From Patescibacteria group bacterium (GTDB taxonomy: Bacteria; Patescibacteriota; Microgenomatia; JAMCZE01): a stretch of DNA of 64,000 nt. This document shows, piece after piece, positions 39,111 through 50,879 of the stretch. Where the stretch lies: contig JAMCZE010000010.1 of NCBI GenBank assembly GCA_023485845.1, positions 156,046-220,045 of the forward strand, given 5' to 3'. The translations under genes and the position numbers were made by a program. Below the pieces are notes generated by a model, which made no database searches, was not told where the DNA came from, and saw only the letters and a program-made list of their open reading frames with translations. Each line of letters opens with the position of its first letter. Position 1 is the first letter of the stretch.

Positions 39111-39677
39111 ATGGACGATCAGACTCAACAGACAACTCAGGAGGTCATTCCCGACAATGCCCGGTGGTACGTGCTGCACACATATTCCGGTCATGAGAAC
39201 AAGGTGGCGGCGGCAATCCGCCAGCGCGTGGACGCGATGAAAATTGTGGGGCGCGTGTTTGACATTTTGGTGCCCACCCGGGAGATTGTGACCGTGAAGC
39301 GGGGCAAGAAAGAGGAAGTTAAGGAAAAGATTTTTCCGGGCTATATCCTGGTCCGCATGATTTTGGATGATGATTCCTGGCTGGTCGTCCGGACCACTCC
39401 CGGTGTCACCTCCTTTGTTGGCACCGGCAACCGGCCCACGCCGTTGTCAGAAAAAGAAGTCGACGCGATCATGAAGTTTTCCGCCCTGGCGGCGCCGAAA
39501 TTCAAGTCCACCTTCTCCGCCGGCGAAGCGGTCAAAATTGTGGACGGCCCATTTGCCGACTTTTTGGGCACGGTGGAAAGTCTGGACGACGCGCGAGGAA
39601 AAGTCAAAGTGCTAGTAAGCATATTTGGCCGAGAGACACCAGTGGAACTCGACTTTTTGCAAGTCTCAAAACTTTAA
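39111..39677 (+). CDS. nusG: Transcription factor NusG
   Basis: WYVLHTYSGHE, FPGY, KOW motif, IFGRETPVEL. Confidence 0.97.
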   Translation: MDDQTQQTTQEVIPDNARWYVLHTYSGHENKVAAAIRQRVDAMKIVGRVFDILVPTREIVTVKRGKKEEVKEKIFPGYILVRMILDDDSWLVVRTTPGVTSFVGTGNRPTPLSEKEVDAIMKFSALAAPKFKSTFSAGEAVKIVDGPFADFLGTVESLDDARGKVKVLVSIFGRETPVELDFLQVSKL

Positions 39678-39678
39678 A

Positions 39679-40104
39679 ATGGCCAAGAAAGTTAAAACAA
39701 TCATTAAATTAAATTTGAAGGCCGGGGAAGCCACTCCTGCCCCGCCGGTGGGTCCGGCATTGGGCCAGCACGGGCTGCCGATCATGGACTTTGTCCGGGC
39801 CTACAACGAAAAAACCGCCGACAAAAAAGGCCAGGTTATTCCAGCCGTGATCACGGTTTATGAAGACCGAACGTTTTCTTTTGTCACCAAACTGCCGCCG
39901 GTGTCCGAACTGATTAAGAAAGAATTAAAACTAGAGCACGGGTCAAAAAAACCAGGCCGGGAAGAGGCGGGCGTGTTAACCACGGCTGCGGCTAAAATCA
40001 TCGCTAAAGTTAAAATGCAGGATCTTAATGCCGACGGCGACCTTGAGGCGGCCACAAAAATCGTCCAAGGCACAGCAAGAAGCATGGGGATACGCACAGA
40101 ATGA
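39679..40104 (+). CDS. rplK: 50S ribosomal protein L11
   Basis: ATPAPPVGPALGQHG, GTARSMG. Confidence 0.97.
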   Translation: MAKKVKTIIKLNLKAGEATPAPPVGPALGQHGLPIMDFVRAYNEKTADKKGQVIPAVITVYEDRTFSFVTKLPPVSELIKKELKLEHGSKKPGREEAGVLTTAAAKIIAKVKMQDLNADGDLEAATKIVQGTARSMGIRTE

Positions 40105-40120
40105 GCAATGAGCAATAACT

Positions 40121-40873
40121 ATGGGAAAAATTAAAACTGTCAAAATGGGTGATTTGGAAGCAGAAGAGAAAGCTCGGGAGAAAGCCGAGGTCAAACGTGA
40201 GCAAAAGAAAGCAGCCAAGGGAGAGATAAAAGAAGAAAAGCCAGAGACTAAAATCAAGAAAAAAGAGATCAAAAAAGCAGGCCGCGGCAAGAGATATCTT
40301 GAGGTGCGAAGCCTGGTTGACACCAAGAAAAAATATTCGATTGCGCAGGCGGTGGAATTAGTCAAGAAAACCTCAATTTCCAAGTTTGACGGCGCGGTGG
40401 AAGTGCACATTAATGTGGCAGACAACCTGCCTGCCGGCAGGCAGGGGGCTTTGCGCGGCAGTGTTGCTCTCCCCCACGGCGCGGGCAAACAGGTGCGCGT
40501 CCGCGTTGCTGACGACGAGCTAATTGCTAATCCAAAAATCGATTTTGACATTTTAGTTGCCAGTCCGGAGATGATGCCAAAACTGGCCAAGATCGCCAAA
40601 ATCCTCGGCCCGCGGGGGCTGATGCCCAACCCAAAGAACGGCACCATTGGTGATGATCCGGAAAAACTGGCCCTTCGACTCCGCTCTGGGCAGCAAAGCT
40701 GGAAAACGGAGACCGCTGCCCCGATTATTCACACCATTATCGGCAAAGTCTCCTTTGAACCCAAAAAACTGGAAGAAAACTTTTCCGCGTTGACAAAATC
40801 GGTCGGAACGGATAAAATAAAATCGCTTTTTATCAAAGCGACCATGGGGCCGAGTATTCAACTCGAACTCTAA
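40121..40873 (+). CDS. rplA: 50S ribosomal protein L1 with charged N-terminal extension
   Basis: KFDGAVE, LPHG, LGPRGLMPNPKNGT, TMGP. Confidence 0.96.
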   Translation: MGKIKTVKMGDLEAEEKAREKAEVKREQKKAAKGEIKEEKPETKIKKKEIKKAGRGKRYLEVRSLVDTKKKYSIAQAVELVKKTSISKFDGAVEVHINVADNLPAGRQGALRGSVALPHGAGKQVRVRVADDELIANPKIDFDILVASPEMMPKLAKIAKILGPRGLMPNPKNGTIGDDPEKLALRLRSGQQSWKTETAAPIIHTIIGKVSFEPKKLEENFSALTKSVGTDKIKSLFIKATMGPSIQLEL

Positions 40874-40894
40874 AGCGACGAGCAAGTCGCGATT

Positions 40895-40930
40895 CCAGAG
40901 ACCGTAAGCGTTAACTAAGTCTTACGCAGG
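40895..40930 (+). promoter_or_regulatory. L10 leader (autoregulatory RNA)
   Basis: CCAGAGACCGTAAG...CTTACGCAGG stem directly before rplJ. Confidence 0.65.
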
Positions 40931-40936
40931 AAATAT

Positions 40937-41431
40937 ATGGCAAACCAAAAAAACATTGATATTGTTTCTTCACTCTCGGAAAAACTTTCCCGGGCAAAAT
41001 CTGTCGTCCTCACCGACTACCGCGGCCTGACCCACAAACAATCGGAAGAACTGCACCGCGCCGTTAAAAAAGTCGGCGGTGAATATGTTATTGCCAAAAA
41101 CTCCCTTTTAAAAATAGCCTGCCTGCCGGCAGGCAGGCCGGTGCCCAATTTGACGGAGCCAACGGGAGCGCTCCTGGCTTATGACGACGCCCTGGCCCCC
41201 CTTAAGGAGCTGTTCAAAACCGTCAAGACTCTGGGGATTCCCAAAGTGAAGTTTGGTTTTATTGAAAACAAGGAGTACTCCGGTAGCGAAATTGAGACTA
41301 TCGCCAAAATCCCCTCTCGGGAAATCCTGCTGGGACAACTTGTTTTTACTCTGAACTACAACATTCAACAATTAGCATATGTTCTCGATCAAGTTAAAAA
41401 TCAAAAGTCAAAAGTCAAAAATTCAAGTTAA
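40937..41431 (+). CDS. rplJ: 50S ribosomal protein L10
   Basis: DYRGLT, KNSLL, IPSREILLGQL; synteny. Confidence 0.95.
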   Translation: MANQKNIDIVSSLSEKLSRAKSVVLTDYRGLTHKQSEELHRAVKKVGGEYVIAKNSLLKIACLPAGRPVPNLTEPTGALLAYDDALAPLKELFKTVKTLGIPKVKFGFIENKEYSGSEIETIAKIPSREILLGQLVFTLNYNIQQLAYVLDQVKNQKSKVKNSS

Positions 41432-41463
41432 AATTTTTAATTTTGTGTGAGAGGTGGTGAATT

Positions 41464-41850
41464 ATGTCTGACAAGATTACTAAAATTATTGAGGAGGTTG
41501 ACAAACTGACGGTCATTGAACTGTCGGAGCTGGTGAAAGCGCTGGAGGAAAAATTTGGCGTTTCCGCGGCCCCGTTGGCGGTGGCCAGTGCCCCGGTCGG
41601 CGAAGCGGGGACGAGCGCAGCTGATGCTCCCGAACAAACGACTTTCAATGTGGTTCTCACCAACGCGGGCGCCAATAAGATTTCGGTTATTAAAGCCGTT
41701 CGGGAAGTGGTTCCCACTCTAGGACTGGCCGAAGCCAAGACTCTGGTGGAATCCGCCCCGAAAGAGGTAGTGACCGGCGTCAATAAAGAAACTGCCCAGG
41801 AGGCCAAAACAAAACTGGAAGCCGCCGGAGCAACGGTGGAATTAAAGTGA
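41464..41850 (+). CDS. rplL: 50S ribosomal protein L7/L12
   Basis: [36 protein letters not shown]. Confidence 0.97.
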   Translation: MSDKITKIIEEVDKLTVIELSELVKALEEKFGVSAAPLAVASAPVGEAGTSAADAPEQTTFNVVLTNAGANKISVIKAVREVVPTLGLAEAKTLVESAPKEVVTGVNKETAQEAKTKLEAAGATVELK

Positions 41851-41868
41851 AATTAAAAGTAAAAGAAG

Positions 41869-42084
41869 TTAAGCGGTTTTTTGCTCGATTCCCAAGAGCC
41901 AAAGGACCGCTTCTTTTTTGTAGCGCCGATCCCCCCGGGAGTTAATGCGCAGGGGAACCAGTTTCCCTCTTTTGCCCCAGCGCTTAATCGTTAAAATGGA
42001 AACCCGAAAAATGCTGGCCACCTCTTTGACCGTTAAAAGATCTGGTAAGTTATCAAGTGATAGCTTTTGAGCAACATCAGGCAT
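41869..42084 (-). CDS. Stand-alone MerR/BldC/Xis-type HTH protein
   Basis: LLTVKEVASIFRVSILTIKRWGKRGKL...RGDRRY. Confidence 0.85.
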   Translation of the reverse strand: MPDVAQKLSLDNLPDLLTVKEVASIFRVSILTIKRWGKRGKLVPLRINSRGDRRYKKEAVLWLLGIEQKTA

Positions 42085-42250
42085 AGAACTATACTTTTCT
42101 AATTGTTTATATAACCAAACACATCATCTGTCAAGACACAAAATCAATAAAAAAAATTATTTTAAAATTTCGAGCGAATAAAAAGCGCAGACGAGGTACC
42201 GCGAGCGAAGCGAAGTGGTCAAAGAGCGAGCATTCTTATTGCGAGAAATT

Positions 42251-43186
42251 TTAGATTGCCGCTTTATACTCCTCCGCTGCTTGTTTCGGATCGACAATGT
42301 TGACCGACAGTCCCGTTCCCAATTCCAATCCCGCCCGGTGAATCAACCGCGGGATAATGCGCAAATACCAATCCAGGCCGTGATAAATATAGAAATTATA
42401 GGGAATGTCCGTCTCTCCCTTGAACTTGCCAACCACCACCTTCAAAATTTTTTGCAGCAACGCCGCCAAGTCGGCAATTTGCTCGTCAGTAATCTGACCA
42501 AAATTAAAATTATTCGCATTAATTTGCTCTTGATTCGCATCCATTCGCATGTTTGGTGAGACCCAAATCTCATATGGCCATTGGGAGAAATTGGGACAGT
42601 AGGCGGTGAAACGCGTCGTTTGCGCGACCACATTTTCCACCGGCTCCTTTGGCAGCGTTTCCAAACTAATTTCCCGCGGCACCACGACCAGCTGGGAATG
42701 GGGATGGCCTAGACTGGCCCCGGCGTGAATGTCGTGGTTATTAAAAACAAGGACAGTTCCAAATTGTTTATTATAGTTATACCGCGCCCGGTAGGTCTGC
42801 AAAATCAGTTCAACTTGAGATAGCGGCAGTTCATCAATGTCTTTGTTGTGATCCGGGCTGTGGATAATCACCTCGTGTATGTCGGTTAAGGGATACTTAT
42901 TAGTAATAACGCGGACTTGCCACGGATCTCCCACGCTGAATAATTCCTTATTCAACTCTTCCTGTCCCGGGCAAAATGGACACAGTTTAGACGAACCAGA
43001 CGATTTGTCAGACAAACCAGACGCACTCGCGGAAATTTCCTGTCCATCGTCTGCTCGCCGTCTCATCATCGTCTGATTTCCCGTCTGATTATCTGGTACC
43101 GATGGATTATCGTGGGGTCTCTTCACTCGCCCCGGGGCAATTATTACCCAGCGATTGGTCTTGGTGTCATGAACAAATCTCGCCAT
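42251..43186 (-). CDS. GalT-like nucleotidyltransferase (HIT superfamily)
   Basis: RVKRP, CPFCPG, NKYP, HEVII, AGASLGHPHSQ, AGLELGTG. Confidence 0.88.
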   Translation of the reverse strand: MARFVHDTKTNRWVIIAPGRVKRPHDNPSVPDNQTGNQTMMRRRADDGQEISASASGLSDKSSGSSKLCPFCPGQEELNKELFSVGDPWQVRVITNKYPLTDIHEVIIHSPDHNKDIDELPLSQVELILQTYRARYNYNKQFGTVLVFNNHDIHAGASLGHPHSQLVVVPREISLETLPKEPVENVVAQTTRFTAYCPNFSQWPYEIWVSPNMRMDANQEQINANNFNFGQITDEQIADLAALLQKILKVVVGKFKGETDIPYNFYIYHGLDWYLRIIPRLIHRAGLELGTGLSVNIVDPKQAAEEYKAAI

Positions 43187-43189
43187 AAT

Positions 43190-44089
43190 TTATTGGCACT
43201 CCCCTTTCGTCTTAATTATTTCCCCATTATCAATCTGGACACAATAGTCTTCTCCGGTAGTCTTGTCAGGAATAACAATCCCCTTGCCCACCGAGAGCTG
43301 GCCGGAAATGGTGGCATCACCGGCGACATTAAGATTACTATTAACAGTCACCAGGCCGGTGAGGCTGGAAATTTCCGCTTTGATGTCGTCAAAATGCAGG
43401 AACCCAACTTGCAAATTTCCCCCAATGGTGGTGTTAGCCAATTGGGCGTCGCCGATTACCGTGAGCTGGCCGGAAATGGTGGCCAGGTCCGCAGAAAGAG
43501 AGGCAAACGAGCTGGAGAGTGGGAGAGCAGGTAAGACGGAAAGTAAGGAACTTACCTGCTCTCCTGCTAACCTGCTTCCCGACTCGTCTTCGTGCCAGCC
43601 CGGGTTCACTTTCACCAACACTGTCCCGTCGGGCTGCTGGCCCGCCACCGCGATGCCGACAATATAGCCTCTGGTTGTCTGTTTTTGGCCATATCCATTA
43701 TTTACCACGCCGATGGCATCACCGGGGGTAATCATAGCAGAGCCGGTGGCAATTTTAACGGGGATCTGGCCGATCATGCCCACAATCACTTTGTTATCAC
43801 CGGGAATTCCACCCAAAAAACCGGTGTGGGCGGAAACCACACCAACAATCCTAGCACTGTCGCTAGCGGTGCACGGTGCCACACCACTAGCTCCCTGGCA
43901 CATAATCGTCCCTTCATTGGGCAACTTACTTGCTAGTGTCATATATTCTCCAAAATCTGCTACCCCTTGGACGGCGTAAGCAATTCCGCTAGTGCCGTTT
44001 GCCTGGATGCTGCCAATGTTTACCCCGTTGAGATCCAGGAAATTAAGAAAGTGAGAGGTTGAATTTAACGTTGTCGAATCCAACTTCAC
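43190..44089 (-). CDS. C-terminal part of fibre-like surface protein (chaperone-like domain), split off by frameshift
   Basis: ADFGEY then GVVS...VGMIGQIPVK...PGD...GYIVGIA; in frame with upstream ORF if one 8-bp copy at 44093-44108 is removed. Confidence 0.8.
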   Translation of the reverse strand: MKLDSTTLNSTSHFLNFLDLNGVNIGSIQANGTSGIAYAVQGVADFGEYMTLASKLPNEGTIMCQGASGVAPCTASDSARIVGVVSAHTGFLGGIPGDNKVIVGMIGQIPVKIATGSAMITPGDAIGVVNNGYGQKQTTRGYIVGIAVAGQQPDGTVLVKVNPGWHEDESGSRLAGEQVSSLLSVLPALPLSSSFASLSADLATISGQLTVIGDAQLANTTIGGNLQVGFLHFDDIKAEISSLTGLVTVNSNLNVAGDATISGQLSVGKGIVIPDKTTGEDYCVQIDNGEIIKTKGECQ

Positions 44090-44091
44090 CG

Positions 44092-46539
44092 TTAATCCGG
44101 TAATCCGGAGATATTAGAATTGGTGGAAGTATTTTCAACAAAGGCTGAACTCGTCGACGTGCTCGAACTTACCACATCTAAAACCGTTCTCGGTGTCGTC
44201 GTTCCGATCCCCACATTGCCACTTTGTTTAACTACAAAACGGGAAAGTCCTGACGATGAAGCCGTGAAGAGGTCGCCAATGGAATTATCGACAACTAATG
44301 CTGCTTTACTTGTTGCCCCGGAAACAGTTGCCACAGGCAATGTGCCTGATAAAGCCCGAATATCAAGTGTGCCCAAATAGGAGCTTGTCCCAATGCCGAC
44401 ACTGCCTAAGGTATAGATTGGGGGGGTGCTATTAACCACATCGCCAATTCCTATGCTCCAGGCACTTAATAATGACAGGTCGGCTACGTTCCGAGCAAAT
44501 ATCAAATTATATGGAGGACCAGAAGCATCAAACGTGTTGGTGATCGAATACAAACCCCCGGGCACTGCCGTCCCACCGCCAAAATAACTGGTAGTGAGAA
44601 TACTGGTAACTTCCCCCGTTTTTGGAGCCAAAATCAATTGCGGGATGATTCCCGCCGCTTGTGGGGCCCGGATTTCTACCCGACCAGTTGGCGTTGTCGT
44701 TCCGATCCCCACATTCCCGTTCTGGGTAATCACAAAGCGAGAGAGGCCGGAGGAGGAGGCAGTGAAAAGGTCGCCAATACCTTTATTATCCACGATTAAA
44801 CTGGCCATTGCCGTCTGACCGGAAATGGAGGCCACGGGGGTAATCCCGGAATTGCCCCGAAGATCCAAAGTGCCCAGAGGCAGGGTTGTCCCAATTCCTA
44901 AGTTGCCAGAGCTATCCAGTCTCATTCGCTCCACTGCCACGGAACCATTTCCGGTATAAAAGGCCAAGACTCTAGTGTCAGGCAAACCGATTCCCGCCCC
45001 GCCGGCGGCCAACGTCGTTGATACGCCGGGACCAAAGGCCAAGCCGGGCACAGTTGCGCCAAAAGTGGAATTATCAAAGGAAAATCGCGGTTGTGCCTCG
45101 GTGGTGTAATACCCCGCAAGTGTACCAGCGGTGCCACTGGTAGTAAACCGGATATTGACTCCTGTCGTTGAGCCAATTTGAAATTGAGTTAACGGCGTTG
45201 TTGTCCCAATTCCCACATTCCCCGTCCCAGCCACGTAGAGACCTAATGTATTATTTGGATAGAGTTTAACCCCACCAGTGGTAGCACCACCAAGAACCAG
45301 ATCGGCCATACTGGTAGTTCCAATCGATGGTGTGTTATAAACGGTTAAAGCACCGGAAATGGAGGCAGTAGAGTCACTCTTAAAAATAGCTCCATTCACA
45401 GTCACCGAGGCGCCGTTAATGAGAGTAGCCGCGCCATTGCGACCGATGGTTAGCGATGTCTGATTAGCTGTGCCAATCCCCAGAGTACCTGTGGCATCAA
45501 GGGTCTGTGAACCGGTGAGATTAATATTGCCAGCAGTAACGGTTATCCCGTTAGAAACTAGCAGACCAGAGGCGCCACTGATGGTTACCAAGCTGCCATT
45601 ATCAGTGATTGTGGAATCAGCAATCGTTGTCGCATCCGAGAATTTAGCTAAATAGTTTGCCGTTCCCGATCCGTTGATCGTTCCGGTGGGACAATTGCCG
45701 GAAGTGAGACATATCGTTCCGGTTTGATCGGGTACCGTTATTTGGCTGCCGGACCCAACCACAATTTGGCCCGATGCTGCCGGCAAAGTGAGCGAGGTGA
45801 TGCTAATGTCACTTGCCAGAGCCAAACTTGTGCTGCCACCCAGACTGACATCGCCGCCGCCGGAAAGATTGGACCCGGCCGTCACCGTCACTTTGGAATT
45901 GGCCAGAGCGGAATTAGGAATGTTCGTGAAAGTGTTCGCCGAGCCGGAGAGAGATTTATTCGTTAGAGTCTGGGTGCTATCGGGAAGAACCAAAGTCCCA
46001 GCCGTTAGGGTTAAATTGGCGAAAGTGGGGGTCGAGGTGGTCGTCAGGGGCTGATCCAATCCAGCAGCATATTGCAAGTTATTGGCAGTTAAATTGCCAT
46101 TCACCGTGACATCGGTGTTTACTTCTAAAAATTGTCCGCTGGGGGTGGCTGTAGCGAGAACGGAACCACCCGGGATGTTTCTCAAGACGTGGTCTTGTTC
46201 GACAAGACCACGTCTTATAAAGATTCCCCCGATTATCAGCCCCGCCAGAACAGCAAAAACAGGCAAAGCAATCTTCTTGTATATAGTAGTCTTTGGCGCC
46301 ACAAAAGAAATTTCTTCCATCGGCGCTTCCACCACCACTGGCTTGATCCACTCTTCGGGCGCCGGCGGCGGGGTGCTTGGCGGCAAGGGTGGCTTGGGAA
46401 ACTGTGTCACGTCATAAACCCTTGTTCCTCCGGGGGTGCGGACGGAGAGCAGTTTACCGGAGTTGCTCCAGCGCCGCACGGTGTCGATGGAAACACCCAG
46501 GATCTTTGCCGCTTCACCTATCTTAACAGTCTGCTTCAT
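44092..46539 (-). CDS. Membrane-anchored tail-fibre-like protein with N-terminal MerR/BldC-type HTH
   Basis: KIGEAAKILGVSIDTVRRW..TPGGTRVY; Pro linker; one TM; Thr/Gly/Ser-rich region with five GNVGIGT-like motifs. Confidence 0.85.
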   Translation of the reverse strand: MKQTVKIGEAAKILGVSIDTVRRWSNSGKLLSVRTPGGTRVYDVTQFPKPPLPPSTPPPAPEEWIKPVVVEAPMEEISFVAPKTTIYKKIALPVFAVLAGLIIGGIFIRRGLVEQDHVLRNIPGGSVLATATPSGQFLEVNTDVTVNGNLTANNLQYAAGLDQPLTTTSTPTFANLTLTAGTLVLPDSTQTLTNKSLSGSANTFTNIPNSALANSKVTVTAGSNLSGGGDVSLGGSTSLALASDISITSLTLPAASGQIVVGSGSQITVPDQTGTICLTSGNCPTGTINGSGTANYLAKFSDATTIADSTITDNGSLVTISGASGLLVSNGITVTAGNINLTGSQTLDATGTLGIGTANQTSLTIGRNGAATLINGASVTVNGAIFKSDSTASISGALTVYNTPSIGTTSMADLVLGGATTGGVKLYPNNTLGLYVAGTGNVGIGTTTPLTQFQIGSTTGVNIRFTTSGTAGTLAGYYTTEAQPRFSFDNSTFGATVPGLAFGPGVSTTLAAGGAGIGLPDTRVLAFYTGNGSVAVERMRLDSSGNLGIGTTLPLGTLDLRGNSGITPVASISGQTAMASLIVDNKGIGDLFTASSSGLSRFVITQNGNVGIGTTTPTGRVEIRAPQAAGIIPQLILAPKTGEVTSILTTSYFGGGTAVPGGLYSITNTFDASGPPYNLIFARNVADLSLLSAWSIGIGDVVNSTPPIYTLGSVGIGTSSYLGTLDIRALSGTLPVATVSGATSKAALVVDNSIGDLFTASSSGLSRFVVKQSGNVGIGTTTPRTVLDVVSSSTSTSSAFVENTSTNSNISGLPD

Positions 46540-46571
46540 GCAAATTGTAAATTGAAAATTCGTGTGTATCC

Positions 46572-46618
46572 AGTGTGCCCAGATTTGCATAGATTTGTCA
46601 AGAGTGTACATAGATTTT
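46572..46618 (-). promoter_or_regulatory. Putative promoter with AAATCTATG direct repeats
   Basis: TTGACA-18-CACACT; two AAATCTATG copies and one AAATCTGG around the -35. Confidence 0.5.
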
Positions 46619-46678
46619 TGTGAAAATAGAATCAAAAAGTAGAGCAAAGTATATCAAATTTGTGAAGGAACCGTGAAG

Positions 46679-49125
<2,447 letters not shown>

Positions 49126-49126
49126 G

Positions 49127-50650
49127 TTATTTCACTGGCTGCGGTGCCTCAATAGGCACAGCTGCTTTTTTTATCTGTGTCACATTTGAGGGTATCATGG
49201 TTTCTAGTTTGTCTTTGACACCATCCAAATCCACGATCAAACTATCGAGATTATCATTGCTGAATGATTCATCGCGAATTTTTTTCAGGGCAGGGTCAGT
49301 TCCGAAGGCAGTAACTATCTTATCAAGATTAGCCTTGACAAAAGTTCGGTCTTTGTCAGCCAAAAATTTGCTAAACGGCAAAGACAACAAGATAACTTGC
49401 ATCTCTTTAGTAAATGACTGTCCGGACTTTTGAATCAAGAGCTCCTCGATTAAACCTTTTTGGGATAGAATTCGCTTAGTTTCCAGGGGCAATTCTGAGC
49501 CAAAACGACTGACAATTTCCAATTGACCACCCCGGGCGAGAGTTTCTTTGACTCTCGTTGCTAAGGAATTTTGGAGGCGTTTTTGTGTTTGCGAGCCCAC
49601 CCGAGTGACAGACAAACTTAAATCCAGCGCCGGCTGTTGGCCCTTTTGTGCCAGAGCAGAACGAAACAGGAGATGGCCATCAGTCATACCCATCAAATTC
49701 GTCGGAATAAATGCCTGGAGATCAGACAAAGCCAATTCAATCACGGGTAAAGCAGTTATTGATCCTCCTCCGGCTTTTTCGTCAAAGCTACCTGCTCGTT
49801 CCAAGAGACGAGCCTGTTGGTAGAAAATATCACCAGGATAAGATTCCCGACCAGGAGGCCGGCCGGAAACCAGAGAAAGTTCCCGATAATTACGGGCATG
49901 AACTCCCATGTCGTCCAAGATTACTAACACATCCTTTCGTTTCCTTCGGAAGAAATCTGCCACAGTCAAGGCCGTCTGTGGCGTGAGAAAAACCATTGGC
50001 GCCGGATCAGTTGAGGTTGACATCACCACCACAGTGTGCGTCAATATTCCTCGGTTTTCCAGTTGGCGCCAAACGTCCCTTGCCTCCGCGATTGGCTTGC
50101 CAATGAGACAAAGTACACAGATAACCCCCTGATCTTTCTGGTTCGCAATGACATCAAGAAGAAAAGCTGTTTTCCCGGCTCGCGATTCGCCGATCACTAA
50201 TTCCCGCTGACCCTTGCCTAATGGGAACAGTGTGTCAATCACTATTATTCCTGTCTCAAACTGTTCTTCAATATATCGTCGCCCAACGATTCCTACAGCT
50301 GGCTGGTCTAAGGAGACCTTGTCTGTTGCCTCCATTTTTTGACCAATCGCCCCCTTTTCATCAAGGGGGATACCTAGGGGGCTGATAACCCGACCCAGGA
50401 GACCATCGCTTGGAATAACGCCCAAAAAATCACCACTGCGGCGAAACATTTGGCCTGGCTCGACATTATCATCGGAAAGCAGGTAAACCTCAATATAGTC
50501 GACAAATAGTCCAGCTATATAGCCTTGGGCCCCGTTTTCGCCAACCACCAATTCCCCAACTTTGGCACTGGGCAGCCCGGAAACGCTGGCAATTTTGCCT
50601 TTAACACTCTGGACAAACCCGACTTCTTCGATTTTGGACGAATTGTTCAT
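49127..50650 (-). CDS. atpA: F1 alpha subunit (divergent, N-terminally short)
   Basis: PLGKGQRELVIGESRAGKT, RPPGRESYPGD, LLERA, TDG, SVTRVG. Confidence 0.95.
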   Translation of the reverse strand: MNNSSKIEEVGFVQSVKGKIASVSGLPSAKVGELVVGENGAQGYIAGLFVDYIEVYLLSDDNVEPGQMFRRSGDFLGVIPSDGLLGRVISPLGIPLDEKGAIGQKMEATDKVSLDQPAVGIVGRRYIEEQFETGIIVIDTLFPLGKGQRELVIGESRAGKTAFLLDVIANQKDQGVICVLCLIGKPIAEARDVWRQLENRGILTHTVVVMSTSTDPAPMVFLTPQTALTVADFFRRKRKDVLVILDDMGVHARNYRELSLVSGRPPGRESYPGDIFYQQARLLERAGSFDEKAGGGSITALPVIELALSDLQAFIPTNLMGMTDGHLLFRSALAQKGQQPALDLSLSVTRVGSQTQKRLQNSLATRVKETLARGGQLEIVSRFGSELPLETKRILSQKGLIEELLIQKSGQSFTKEMQVILLSLPFSKFLADKDRTFVKANLDKIVTAFGTDPALKKIRDESFSNDNLDSLIVDLDGVKDKLETMIPSNVTQIKKAAVPIEAPQPVK

Positions 50651-50879
50651 AAATCCCCTTTAAAATATCTTCGTTTTCGGCAAATTTCGCTTTTAACGAA
50701 TAATCTTTATATAAACCATTAATGGATAAGGCCGCCCCACCGATTAATGACGGGTCGATTTTAATTTCCACCGGCTGGCCGGCTTTGTCGGCCAATTGGG
50801 CGACTTGGTCATCAGACAACGGCGCCGGAGTGCAAATGACTAGCTTATCAGATAAATTTGTCTTTTTTGGCATCGTCAA
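50601..50879 (-). CDS. atpH: F1 delta subunit, C-terminal domain only
   Basis: TPAPLSDDQ...IDPSLIGG...DYSLKAK. Confidence 0.8.
   Translation of the reverse strand: MTMPKKTNLSDKLVICTPAPLSDDQVAQLADKAGQPVEIKIDPSLIGGAALSINGLYKDYSLKAKFAENEDILKGIYEQFVQNRRSRVCPEC

Noticed and set aside
43190-46539. Prophage tail gene
   Set aside because: Has a TM anchor and HTH, and no capsid, terminase or baseplate genes nearby
46540-46647. Upstream extension of the 851-aa ORF
   Set aside because: Covers the putative promoter and a heptamer tract; the HTH begins at ATG 46539
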